In this document: one piece after another, positions 22,600 through 35,600 of the stretch
How the letters are laid out: each line of letters starts with the position of its first letter
Numbering within the stretch: position 1 is the first letter of the stretch
Assembly: GCA_016748015.1 (NCBI GenBank)
Contig: JAAOMT010000694.1
Span: 124,001 to 188,000, forward strand
Reading direction: 5' to 3'
Origin: Geosiphon pyriformis uo1
Lineage: Eukaryota > Fungi > Glomeromycota
DNA: 64,000 nucleotides
Made by a program: the position numbers and the translations under genes
Notes under the pieces: model-generated
What the model was told of the DNA's origin: nothing
Seen by the model: the letters and a program-made list of their open reading frames with translations, nothing else
Database searches by the model: none

Positions 22600-23835
22600 T
22601 TTTGAGTCATATACTATAAACAGAATAATTATTGAAGATTGTTCTGAATTGATCTTAAAGAATATAAGAATCATTGTTTAAAACTTTGTTGATTAAAAAG
22701 GGTTTTTTTCACTGGCTAGAGAATTTATTACCATAGACATTGTTTCTGTCTAAACAATATTTCAATACTAAGTTACCAACACTTAAGAAAAGTGTTTTAT
22801 AAGTTTTTTTTTTCTTAAGCTTTTCTTGAAACTATTTTATTTTTTCAAAGACAATTATTTGTGTTTCTATCAATGAGTCAAGAATGGTATCAAGTTTTCT
22901 TTGTAAAATGTCTTTATAATTCCCTATTGTAATTTCTTCAAAGGGTATTGTTTCAATGTCAGTTTCTATTGGTAGTGTTGCCATGTATCTATAGAACAGA
23001 TAAAAAAGTTTATAACTTATTATGTTATGGTTTACAGTTCTATAAACAAACAAAGCTGAAGGCAGTACTTTGTTCCATAAGTTTGTTTCTTCACTGGTTT
23101 TGGCTAAGGTTTCACATAGTGTTCTATTAAAATGTTTTACTAAGCTATTTGTTTAAAGATAATAAAGGGAGAAAAAATTATAACATATTTCCATTTTTTT
23201 ACAAAGCTTTTTAACCAATGTACTAAGAAAAGCTCTTTTTCTATTAGATAAAAGTTCTTTGAAGCAGTCATAATGGCAGATAATATTTTTATAAATAAAG
23301 TTAGCTATTGAGACTGCTGTTTGATATGAGATGGCTCTTGCTTTTACCCATTTTGTAAGATAGTCGGTAGCTGTGATAATGTATTTGTTGCCATTAGGAG
23401 TTATTGTTAAAGATCCAACAACATCTATACCAATTTTGTCAAATGGTTAACCAACAGAGATTGGATGGATATCTTCTTTGTGATTAGGTTTTTTTTTTGG
23501 CAGGTGTTACAAGTTTTAATGTACTTAGCAATGTCTTTTTCCAAGATATGCCAATAATAATAAGCTAAAGTTTTCTGAATTGTTTTTGTTTTTTTAAAAT
23601 GTTCAGCTAATGGGTTAGTGTACATATTATATATTACAATTTCTTTTTTTTCAAATCTGATGACTCTTTGAGAACAGTCAAAATTTTTTTTATTTTTTTT
23701 ATATAACTGGTTTTGGTAAATCAAATAGAAATTTGATTGTTTGCACAAATGTTCTCTTTGCTGTCAAGTGTATTTTGGTGGGTATTGTCTTTTACCCAAA
23801 AATTCTATTAAGACAGAATAGTTGTCCAAGTCCAT
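22600..23835 (-). pseudogene. C integrase with ATG at 23835
   Basis: MDLDNYSVLIEFL...MYTNPLAEHF...CNTCQ; GIDVVGSL; ATDYLTKWVKA. 3' end approximate. Confidence 0.85.
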
Positions 23836-23895
23836 TATTATGTTTATTTATAAGAGAGTTACTAATAATTAAGTTGGTTTGGTTAAGAGGTTGTA

Positions 23896-26800
23896 CTATC
23901 TCTGAATGATAAGTTTAGAGAAAGCATCAGTATTTTGATAATTTGCTCTTTTGTGGTGTTGAATATTATAGTCAAATTCATCCAAATGGAATATCCAGTG
24001 AGTTATTCATTTATGTTCTAACTTTTTTTTATTGTGCAGTTAAACCAAGGCTTAATAATTTGTTACTATTAGAAATTTCACACCAAGAAGATATTGGTTC
24101 CAGTAACTAGTAGTCCAAATTACTGCTAAGCATTCTTGTTCAATAACTGAATAGTTCTTTTCTGCTGGTATAAGGATTCTACTGGCATATACTATAGCAT
24201 GTTTCTTGTCATTTTCATCTTTTTAGAAGAGAATAGCACTAAGTCTATAGCCAGATATATCAGTGTGCAGGATAAAAAGTTGGTTTAAGTCAGGTTGTTT
24301 AATGATTGGTTCAATAACAAGTTTTTCCTTTAGAGTTTCAAAAGCTTTTTGTTGATAAGTGCCCCAATGATAATTGACATTTTTTCTAAGCAGCTGATTA
24401 AGAAGAAAGACGATTTTGAAAAAATCTTTAATAAATTTGCAATAATAAGAGACCAAACCAAGGAAAGAGCATAGTTCAGGAACATTCATGAGTTGTCTAA
24501 TGTTTTGGACTTTTTCAACTTGGGTCAGAAAAAATTCCATCTTTTGTAATAAAATGACCAAAAAACTGGGTGGATTGTTATCTAAAAAGAGATTTAATTG
24601 GGTTTATCTTGAGACCAGCATTTCTAAAGAGATCAAAAACCTTTTGCAAGTGTTCCAAATATTCATTCCAGGTTTTTGAGTATACCATTATATCATTTAA
24701 ATAGACCAGAACAAAGTTTTTTTTTACTGATTCAAACACTTTGTTTATTAGGTATTAAAAGATGGAAGGAGCATTAATGAGACCAAAAAGCATGACTGTG
24801 AATTTGTAGATGCCATACTTAGTAATGAAAACAGTTTTCTTTCTACTTTTTGAATCCATTTTTACTTGTCAGAATTCAGCAGTTAAGTTAATGGTTAAGA
24901 AGAAAACAGCATCATTAAATTTGTCTAATATTGCATTAATTTTGGGAAATAGATACATGTCTCTTATAGTGATGGTATTTAATTGGCAATAGTCAACACA
25001 AAAGCATAAAGTTCCATTTTTTTTGAATACCACTACAACTAAAAAAGCCCATTCACTCCTGGTTTTTTGTATGAATCTAAGATTTTTTATTCAGTTTATC
25101 TCTTTTTTGATGAACTCATTATTGTGCTGATTAGATTGATAAGACTTCAAATAGATGGGGTGAATTTCTCTGATAGTAATGGTGTGTTGTATTACATAGG
25201 TTTATCTAAAGGTATTATCTTCTTTTGAAATAACTGGGCTATTTTTAGCCAACAGATTTTTAATGTTTACTTTTCTTTCTTTAAAAAAGAGTTCTCTTTG
25301 TTCTATTACAAGTAATTGAATTTTAGATAGTTTATTTTTAAAAGATTTTTGTACTTCTCTTAGTTCTTCTCTGGGTACCAAATTAATTGGCTCCTAATCT
25401 TTGTAATAGATTAGGCAAAACTTGTATTTATCACTAAAAAAATATAAAAATTTATTACATCAGCACCTGGTACAAGAACCATACCACCAATAACTGTATT
25501 TGGCTTTCTTGCTAAATTTTCTGTCAAAGGTTCTTCTGAGTATGTCATAGTAGGGCCAGCAGATTAGCTTGTTATTTACAATGATTTTTTTTCTGTCAGC
25601 TTTGACATTATCTAATGGCTTGTTATTACTAATAAAAATGATATAGATGAGTTCAGCAGTTTCTTTTTGTTATTCTTGATCTTTTTTTTCATTGTTTTCA
25701 TTATTATTTGATTTATCTAATTGTTCTTTTTTTTGGATGCTGAAGGGGTTGTTTAATAACAAAACTTAACTACAATGGACTTTTTACCACATCTGATAGT
25801 TAACTCACAAAGTTCATAGTTAAGTAATACTTTGGCTTTCTTGAGTCATTTATTGTTAACAATTATGGTATACTCTTTTGTTTCAGATACTTTCATGTCA
25901 GTCTTAATGCTGATGTTATTAATATGAACAAGAACAGCTTTGGTTATACCAAGCCCTTTTTTTTTGTTACCATACACATTGGTTATTAGTCTGGTTGAAT
26001 GTTTATCAATTTTTCTACCAATGGCTTCCAGAAAGTGTTTGGCAATTACACTAACACATAATTTACTGTCTAGAATCAAGTCAATAAAATAACCAGCCAT
26101 TTGGGCTTTGCAAATAAAAAAAGTAGTATTGCTGTTGTTAGCAAGTCCAGCTTGGTGAAAGTGCTTATTGGTTTTTGGTGTTTTTTCTTTAAAATCAATG
26201 ATTTGCAAAGATCTTTTCTGAATTGTGGATGAGTTATTAACTGGCCAAAAGTAATGTGAGCTGGGGTTTCTATGAAATTTTTAATAACAGAATAGAGACC
26301 AGATTTTTGTACAATTTTTGGAGATTCCAACTTTGAAAAGTTTTTAAAACTTTAGCCTTTGGTGGTTCATTGTTATTAGCAGTTGATGTGGATGCTTTGT
26401 TTGGGTCTAGAACAAAATTAATCTTGGCTTTTTTCTTTTTTCTTGTTAATTCAGAGGTATTAATTGCTAGTTTATCCATGTTATGGTCATTATTAGTTAA
26501 GTTAAAAACAAAAAAAGGGTTTTTTTCTGATTGGCTTGTACTCTCACTTTTTAAAGATGTGCCTACCAGTTTAAAGACTGATAAACAGTGGCTTCAACTA
26601 AAGGATCTTTTTCAAAAAAATTAATGTTGCCATAATTGGGTCTTTAATTGGAGACATTGTTGTTAATAATTTTGTTGTTTTAATTGTTATTGTTTCTAAA
26701 AACTGGAAGAGGCAAAGGAGGATTGTTGCAATTTCTAAAGAAATGTTCAGTTAATCTACAATAATAACATACAGATAGACCACAATTTTGTTGTTTTTGA

Positions 26801-27037
26801 TAAGAGGATTGCTGGAGCTGATTAAAATGAGATTTAAATCTGGGTCTTTGACGTTGTTGATTTTTTCTAACTGTTTAGACTAAGAGTTCTAATAATTAGA
26901 CAAAATTGATTGTGAGTCTATTTATCAACTGTTTATTTGGGTCTGAAGTTTGGGTAGCAAAAAAGATAGCAGCCATAACAGAAGCAGAAGCCATAACAGA
27001 AGCAGGAACAAAAACTAGAAGTGTAGATTCTAGGTGT
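23896..27037 (-). pseudogene. gag-pol: C gag C-terminus, -1 frameshift site, pol (PR, short Cys motif, RT, RNase H)
   Basis: Zinc knuckle remnant near 26740-26780. Slippery T TTA AAC at 26575-26569. LILDS (protease), VLVYLND (RT), SFLGLVSYY, FILHTDISGY (RNase H). Ends NTDAFSKLIIQR*. Confidence 0.88.
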
Positions 27038-27908
27038 TATTACTCATAGAAATATAGAAAATATATATTAGCATAGTTATTAACCAATTAAAAGTAGATA
27101 TAGTAAAATGTGAAATTCCAGGATTCCTCTCAGAAATTGCAGAATTTCAGAAATTATAGAATTCTCACAAGGAATCGCAGAATTCCAGAATTCTAGGATT
27201 TTTTTCAAAGAAATTGCAGGATTCCAGAAATTCCAGGATTCCTGTTGTGAAGAATTGAGGAATTGAGGAATCTCAATTATGTATATATAGCAGTAAGATT
27301 AGAAACTAAAAAAACAGACCTCTCAGTTTAGATTTCATCTAGATAATTTTTCAAACCACAAATAAATAACTGTTTGTTATCTCAAACTTGCTACCACTAT
27401 TAACACTTCATGTTGATAGTAATTGATACTTAACCACACTGGAACAATAGCTCTTGATCACGGCTATTGATGGAATACTAACTTGTAAATTGCCTTGGCT
27501 TATTTCTTTTCTTTCTTTATTTTCTTTTCTTTTCTTTATTTCTTGCTTTGATTTTATTGTTGTTTACTAACTCTATTAAGGATTAACACACAGGGTACTG
27601 ATGTTAGGATAAACGTGACTGGTAAAAGACCCAGAAATAAGGGTAGAACACTTGATTAAGGATAGCTTACCAGGAAGAATACCAGTCATTAAGCTGAGAA
27701 AAAAATTGACAAAACTGCGGTTTCGGGAAGCTATAGATAAAACTATTACCATTGAATCTCTGTTCATTATACAAAGAACTCAACCAAACCTTTCAGATAC
27801 AAACTTTTCAGACACAAACCTTCAGATCATTATTAACTGCAACTAGATTTGAGTACCAAGTTATGGGTTTGTTATTTAATCCAACACCAGAAGTAGTTAC
27901 CTGTAACA
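27038..27908 (+). repeat. B1 5' LTR
   Basis: tattactcata (TG decayed to TA)...ctgtaaca; repeat of 46205-47054. Confidence 0.95.
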
Positions 27909-27967
27909 TTTAGTGCTCTCTGTGAAGTATAATTCTACAAAGAACCAGTACCAACACAAATCTAAAA

Positions 27968-29395
27968 GTAGCAGAATCAGAAAACATAGAAGCAAATCAT
28001 TTAAGATTTACGAAATCTTTATTTTAACACTACTGTTAACATTTGGGATTAAATCACAATCACATATCAGTGGAATTAGCTTTCAATTTCTATGTTAATA
28101 AAAGAATTGCCTATCTGTTAGGAACACCAGTAAATATCGAATCAATAAGAGAAGCCTTTTATAGTGAATTAATTTAAAATACCAACCTGCCAACAAATCA
28201 CAATTTCACCTCCATCATCATGGAAATCAACAAAAAAATTGAACACCATACACAGCAAAAATACGCCATTACTTACATGAGCAAAGACAAAGAAAAACTG
28301 CAAACACCAGCAGTAACACCCAAAAGAATACAACCACCTACTTGGAAGAAAACAAGAGTTGAGTCCTCAACTAATCCATTATATCACTATACACTTGGAA
28401 GCACCATTAATATTACATCTACTGGCGTGGCCATATCAAACACAACACCAGCATTTGGATGATTCCCATTCCAAAGTAAACAAAGGAAAGCAGAGTTATT
28501 AGGATCATATGGTATGTATTTTGAAAGATTTAACTTGCAATCATCAACGCCATCAAGACTCCGATCATCACCGCCTCCCCCAGATTTCGGAATTTCTGAT
28601 CTATGAGAAATAATGGAATCAAAAGAAAAGGAAGAAGAAGAAGCTGAAGATCAAAAATTTACTTATCAAAACCCAATTACTGAAAACCCGGAATTTGAAA
28701 CCCCGAATCTTCAAACCCAGCAAAATCTAAACCCAGAAAATCCAGAAATTGAAACTCCGAATATTCAGACACTGCCAACTTAGGATAATCGAATCCCCGA
28801 TTTAATAAATTAACAAAACTTACCTCCAGTAATTGTTATTGATCAACTACCAATTAATCCAATAGCCAAACCCATACAACTGCCACTTCAACTACCACCC
28901 CAACAACCCATGCAACAACAACCATTTCAACTACCACCATAACAACCCAACTTAGGTCCAATGGCTTACGCACCAATTGCAAAACTTGACAATTTTACTG
29001 GTGAAGAGAACAATGCTCAAATATGGCTCAATAACATTGAAAAAGCCATAATGGCCAACAGATGGAACAATGGTAGAGCCCTTCAAGCGATCCCCTATTT
29101 TCTTAAAGATACTGCCAATTTGTGGTATCAGAGTCTAGCCGCCAAACCACAAATCTTCAATGAGTTCAAAACAGAATTCTTGAGATATTTTAGTAATAAC
29201 AATAGTATTAATTGCTTGACCAACACATTTACCACCATCAAACAAGGGGACACAAAAGCAGTCACCACTTACTTGGAACGCTTCCATAGAAATCTGTGCC
29301 AAATTCAGGCAATCCAAGCTGATTACTTTACAGTACCACAGATCTTGAACCAGTTCATCAGAGAATTGTGCAGTAGCATCCTTTAGCAAGTACAT
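27968..29395 (+). pseudogene. gag: B1 gag 5' part (N-extension, Pro/Gln linker, capsid)
   Basis: ORFs 28220 and 28961 are in one frame. MAYAPIAKLDNFTGEE...WLNNIEKA...AIPYFLKDTANLWY is a Gypsy capsid-like region. Continues at 39217 (QVH|PIHPVDL). Confidence 0.88.
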
Positions 29396-30360
29396 TGTTA
29401 CCAGAGGTTTTTGGTATCTTTTTAGTTCTTGTATGTTTATTGTAATGCTGTTAATTCATGACTATGGGAAGTGTTTGAACCTCTGATAACTGAATTTATC
29501 TTCAAATTATCTCCTATAATTTGAACTGCTGGGCTTATATGTGGAATGGCCAGTTCTGTGCCAGTTGCTTTGTGTAGTTACATTGTAGTAAACATCAACT
29601 CTTTCCCAGGAATTGCTCATCTGAAAGCTCACTAAAAATGGGTAGTTATTTTGCTGTAAAAGTCAACTCTTCTACAGAAATCCTGTTTGTAGGCTACCCT
29701 AATAATTGTAATAAAAAAAGAAAAGAAAAATAAAAGAAATGTAAAAGAAATAGAATTCTGTCAAGGGAAACGTTTTCTATCTAGGCCTGGAGTCACTAAC
29801 AGTTTATTGAAATTGGTAGCTAATCAATTTCAAAACGTTAGTTGGGTTTTGAGGATTTTCCAAGTGCAATAATTAAAGAATTTGGTTTTTTGAATTATTT
29901 GATATTTATTTAAGAATGGTTCTAAGTGATAAATCTCAAGTAAGATATATTTTCTCGAAGAGAAAAGCTCTTCTTTTATACAACTTGTCATAACACTATT
30001 CTATGAACTTGAACTTTGCTCTTTTTTACAATTTTGCTGAACTAAAGATACATTTCGGCGAATTACAAGTTATTTCTGCAAACTATTAGATATTTCAGTG
30101 AACTATCAATTATTTTGGCAAATTTCTACAAATTTCAGCGAACTTTTGAATGTTACATATTTTGGGGTATTACATGATTGATTATTGCACTTAGGTTACA
30201 TTTGTGTTATGTACAAATTGGATTATTAATTAAATGATAATTTCGGACATTTTGCTAATGTAATAAGTAATAATTTGAAACGATAATATATGCTAATTAA
30301 TGATAAGATTTATAAGGGTAATTTCATGCTAAACAATATCTCTAATTTTGTCTGGTAACA
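29396..30360 (-). repeat. A2 3' LTR
   Basis: tgttaccaga...tctggtaaca (10-bp terminal inverted repeat); repeat of 38234-39212. Confidence 0.95.
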
Positions 30361-31048
30361 TAACCTTCTCCTCAAGACTGAGCTCCATCAAAGTCCAAAT
30401 ACTGTCTGTAATTTCCAGATAATAATCCAAAATTATTGAAAAAATTTGGTCTGAAAATTGTTGAAATTTCAGTTCTGTGAGCTTTCCAATGTATTGAATC
30501 TTCAAAGGCTGTAAAATTGGGTTTTGTAGGACGTTTTCACAGGTGTGGAATAGGTCATAAAGTTTAAGGACAGCTCTTAGTTTATAATGACTGTTTGTAG
30601 ATCCAACTGTTGTCTTGAATTCATTGTGGAGTTGTTTCTGAATAGCTTTTTTTGTGAAGTTTGCTGCTGTAAGCTCCCATTTTCATTCATGAAGTGTTTT
30701 TTCAATGTAGAAATATCTATATATTGGAGTATAGTTATAGTTTTCTTCATTAAGACACAGTTGAAGTTTTTGTTGAATAGTAGCATTTGGTAGAATACTA
30801 ATAGAAGTGAGCATTAAGTTTTTTCTTAAAGCAAGCTTTAAAAGTTCTGACAGGTGAATTCCAGAATAACTTCTTGTGTTCTTCTTATATGGGTGATATT
30901 TTCGTGAATTTGGGGCTAAATTTGTAACTACTTCTGTTTGGGTATAATTAATGTGGTTTCCAGTAACAGTAATGGATAATTCGGGTATTGTTTTTAAAGC
31001 TAACATTAGTTTTTGGGATAATTGTTGAATGTTTTGAGGAATAGTCAT
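30329..31048 (-). pseudogene. A2 ORF3, 239 codons, ends inside the 3' LTR
   Basis: Near-identical to A1 ORF3. Internal TGA at an Arg position. C-terminus ...DSIWTLMELSLEEKVMLPDKIRDIV*. Confidence 0.82.
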
Positions 31049-31170
31049 TATAAGAAATTTGAAAATAAAAGAAAATTATTTTTGGTGTATAGGTTTTTAT
31101 GTTATTTTTGCTTTGTTTTTGTAAGATTGTTTCTAAATTATAAGGAGATAACTATAATAATAAATTTAAG

Positions 31171-32555
31171 TTAAGTGTTCAAGTTGGGAGGTTGTTCAAT
31201 GACAACTATTGGTTTTAAATTTCGGAAAATATTTTCAAGATTGATTAAAGGGGAATGTGTACTAATTTGTGGAATTAATGGTTCAGGATTGTGTCTGGAA
31301 TTATAGTGTTTCAAACAATCTCCATGTGCAACTTTTGCTAGGATTTTGTCATTAAGTCTTAGCTTGTATGATTTGTTGCCTAGGACTTTATGGATAAAGA
31401 ATGATCTATCCCATTTATTTTCAAATTTTCCACTCCATTGTTTTTCAGCTTTAGTTCTGTGTAAAAGAACTTTGTTTCCGATTTTAAATTCATTGGTAAC
31501 TGGAGGCAATTTGTTGTTATGCTGTTCTTTTTGTTGAGCTTGAAAGTGTTTAATATGGGTGGCTGCTATTCATCATTTTTTTTTCAATATGCTAAGCAGA
31601 GTATAGGCTCTTTGTTGTAGTGTTTCCTAAAAGTTGTCTTTATTAATTGGTTGTACTGGATATGTTTCTATTGTGAAACTAATTGGTAATGTTACTGTCT
31701 GTCCATAAGTTAAATCAAATGGTGTGTGTTTTGTGGTATCTTGTTTTAGTGTTCTATATGCTAGTAACACTGATGGAATAAAAAGATTTTATTTTTGCTC
31801 AAAATCAGTTGAGACTTTGGCTAATGATTCACACAATGTTCTGTTGAAACATTCTACAAGTCTATTTGTTTGTGGATGGTAGGGTGAAGATAATAGTCTC
31901 TTGACATTAAATTGTCCACAAATTTCTTGGATTAAATTGTTCACAAAATGTGTTCCTTGATCAAATAAAAGTTCTATTAAGCATCCATGTCTACAAATGA
32001 TGTCTTCGTAGATAAAGTTTGCTACTGATTTTGCATCTGCTCATTGAATGGCTCTGGCTTCAGGCCATTTGGTGAGATAGTCTACAGCTACTGCAATATA
32101 ACGGTTTTCTTGGTTTGTAATAGGTAGTGGTCCGACTAAATCGATACCAACTCGGTCAAAAGGCTGTCCAATTTTAATTGGGTTTAAAGATTCTGTAGAG
32201 TGAGTTCCTTCTCTTTTTTGACAACTATCACAAGACTTAATGTATTCATGAATGTCTTTTCTCATTTGAGGCTAAAAGTAATATTCTAGTGTTCTCTGAA
32301 TGGTGCTGTCTTTTCTTAGATGTGTTAATGAAGGATCTGAGTGCATGTTATATAAAATGGTTTTTTTTTATGTTCTTGTATTAATCTGAGTGGATTGTCT
32401 GGGTTTCTGAAGTTTCGATAATAAATCATGTTGTTGTGTAAGAAATATTGTTTGGCTTGTTGTTGTAACCAATGTTTTTTATCTGAGGACTAATCTGTTA
32501 AGATTGTTAATGTCTCCAAATATTGTTTAAGATTGTTGTAGTTTTCAGGATTCAT
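31171..32555 (-). pseudogene. A2 ORF2 integrase, own ATG
   Basis: MNPENYNNLKQYL...CDSC...VGIDLVGPL...DYLTKWPEA. Confidence 0.92.
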
Positions 32556-32601
32556 TGTTTGTTGTTTTGTTGTTAATTCAAATGGGTGTTGGTTTTGTAT
32601 T

Positions 32602-35600
32602 CTAATCTTGCTTCATTCTTAAGAGACAATCAATGTTGGTATGGAGTTTTCTTGGTTTGTGGTGTACAATATATTGGTAGTTGGCTAAAAATCCTGTCCA
32701 TCGGGTTTGTTTTGCATTCAGCTGAGTGTTTTTGTTCTGAAGTCATTTGAGTCCAATATTATCAGTAATAATATCGAATTCTTTGGGTCTGAGGTAAAGA
32801 TTGAAGTAATGTAGAGCCCAGATTACTGCTGCAGTTTCTAATTCTGTTGCAGGATAGTTTTTTTTGGCTGGTTTCAATGTTTTGCTAGCATAAGCAATTA
32901 TTCACTCATTTCTATTGTTATTTAACTGTGATAGGATTGCACCAAAAGTGGTATAAGAGGCATCTGTTGCTAACTGGAATCAGTTGCTGAAATCTTGGTA
33001 GGTAAGAATTAGAACTGTTATTAGTTTTTCTTTGAGGATTTCAAATGCATTTTGGTGTTCAGCAGCCCATTTGTATTTGACGTTTTTTGTGGTAAGCTGG
33101 TTGAGAGATTTTGCGATTTCTGAGAATCCTTTGATAAACTTCCAATAGTAGGAGACTAACCCTATGAATCCTCTTAGTTCTGTAGTGTTTTGAGAAGTTT
33201 TGAAGTTTTTGACAGTGCTGATTTTTTCAGAGTCTGGTTTGATTCCATTTTTACTAACAATATGACCAAGGAAGGCCAAGCTTGTTTTTCCAAAGTAGCA
33301 TTTTTCAATGTTGAGTTTCAGTCCTGTTTTTTGTAATCATTGAAAAACTTCTCGCAGGTGTTTTAAGTGTAATTTAAATGATGAAGAATAAACATTAGTA
33401 TTGTCAAGATAAACAACTACTGACTTTCAAAGAAGGCCTTTGTAAACAATGTCTATGAGTCTTTGGAATGTTGCTGGTGCATTGCATAATCCAAAAGACA
33501 TTACATTGAACTCGTAATTTCCTTCTTGAGTGGTAAATGCTGTTTTGAGGCAATCTTTGGGATCTATGGCAACTTGCTAGTATCTACTCTCTAAATCTAA
33601 TGTTGAAAAGTATTTGGACTCTCCAAGAGCATCTAGCATGTCATCAATTTGGAGAAGAGAGTAGGCATCTTCAATGATGATACTGTTGAGTTGTCGATAA
33701 TCAACACAAAATCGTATCTTTCCATTTTTTTTTTTAACTAAGACCACAGGTGAAGCCCATGGACTCATTGATGTTTGAATAAGCCTATTGTTGAGCATCT
33801 GTTGTACTTTTTTGCAGATAAATTGGTGACTTTTTGGAGCAACTTGGTAGGCTTGCTGTCACCTTGGTTTGGCATCTCCTGTATAGATTTAGTGTTGAAC
33901 CAAATCAGTTTTTCCTAAGTCATTGTTGTTTTTGGCAAAGATATCAGCAAATTTTGCAATTAGCTCTTTGAGCTGGTTCTGTTGTTGTGGTTCAAGTTGT
34001 CCCATGTTGATTTAAGATAGTTTTTCCATGACAACATGGTAGTTTTCAGAGCTGGGGTTTGGGTTGATTTTTGGTAGTGAGTGTCCAATAATTTCAGAGA
34101 AATTGGGGACTGTTTGAGGTAATTCTTGTTGAAAGATATTACTATAAATAACTTCAATTTTTAAGTTATTTAATAAAACTATGGGGTAATTATTGGGGTT
34201 GTAAAAAGTAACTCAGACTTTTTTTGTTCCTTCTGAGATGTAAATATTTGAGATTGTAATATTATGTTTCAAGCAGATTCGTTCATTGGACTCAAAAATT
34301 TGTTGGGTGGTTGTTGGCTTTGGGCAGGTATAGATTTCGGGATGTTCTCCAAAAAGTGAAATAGTGATTGGTTGGGGAAGGCGTAAAATTTGGTGAGACT
34401 CATTCTGTTCATTGAGAGCTATGTTTACTAGAACTGTAAATCATCCAGTTGAACTAAAACCTTGTGTTCTTTTTTTGCTTTTTCCCAATTGTTCTCTTTG
34501 ATTGACTAACTGTAAGCCTGAAATGTTGATTAAGAGTAAATAGATAGCTTGGGCAATTTTTTCGGAATGTTCAATTTTGAAAAGTTTATTGGTTTCATTT
34601 TGAAGTATTACTGTTATGTCACCAGTATATCCAGCATTGATTATTCTTCTTCTGACATTGATTCCTTTGCTTGCCAGAGAGGACCGGGAGGCAATTTGAA
34701 CCATTGCTCCTGGTAGGATTTCGAGGGCAATTTTGAGGTTGATTTTTGTGAGAGATTTGGGTTTGAGAACAAGAGTATCCTTGTCTGGATATCTTAGGTC
34801 ATATCCAGCATCAATTTCATGTGCTTTTTCAGGTTTTATTCCTTGTCCGTTGTTGTTAAAGTATTTGAGTTGTAAGGCAGACTGATTTTCAATGAGATAG
34901 ATGAGTGTTGCTTCAATTTCTTCTGTTGCTTCAGATTCTCCAAATTCAATTTCGTTTTCATCGTTTTCACTGGACAGGAGAATGCTAAGAGCATAGCATT
35001 CAGGACACTATTGTTCATCACAAGGCATTATGCATTCTTCACACAATTTAATGTTCATTTGCTCTAGCTGTTGGGCTTGAGCTTTTTTGGTTGGGTAAGT
35101 GTAATTGGCAATTTGGTAATATACTTCTACTTCATCTTCATAATTGTATCCAGCAATTTCAAAGGTGTATGCAATGTATTCTAATTCTTTCATTTGATGA
35201 ACATTTTCTTGAGTGGCTTCATTGATTAAAGCCATTGCTAGATTGAAAATTATTTCAGCATCGTGAGAGTAATGGTACAGTTTGTTGAGGGCACTATTGT
35301 AAGCAGCATTAAAAAGGGTTCCTCTTGTTACTTTTTCTGAGATTAAAAGGACATATTGGCATGTTTGATCACAGACTCCTCCTTTGAATGCAACATCAAT
35401 CCAGTTGCATTCATCAGATAATTGTTCTCCACAAGTCAAACAGGGTGTTCTATCCCATTTTCCACTTCTTTTAATTAGGTGTCCCCATCATTTTCAGTGG
35501 CAGGATTTGCAATAGTAACAAATATGGTTTCCATATTTTTCTTCAGGTAAAATACAAGCTCCCATTGATGAGAGTTTTTTGTGGCAATCTTTGTATTTGA

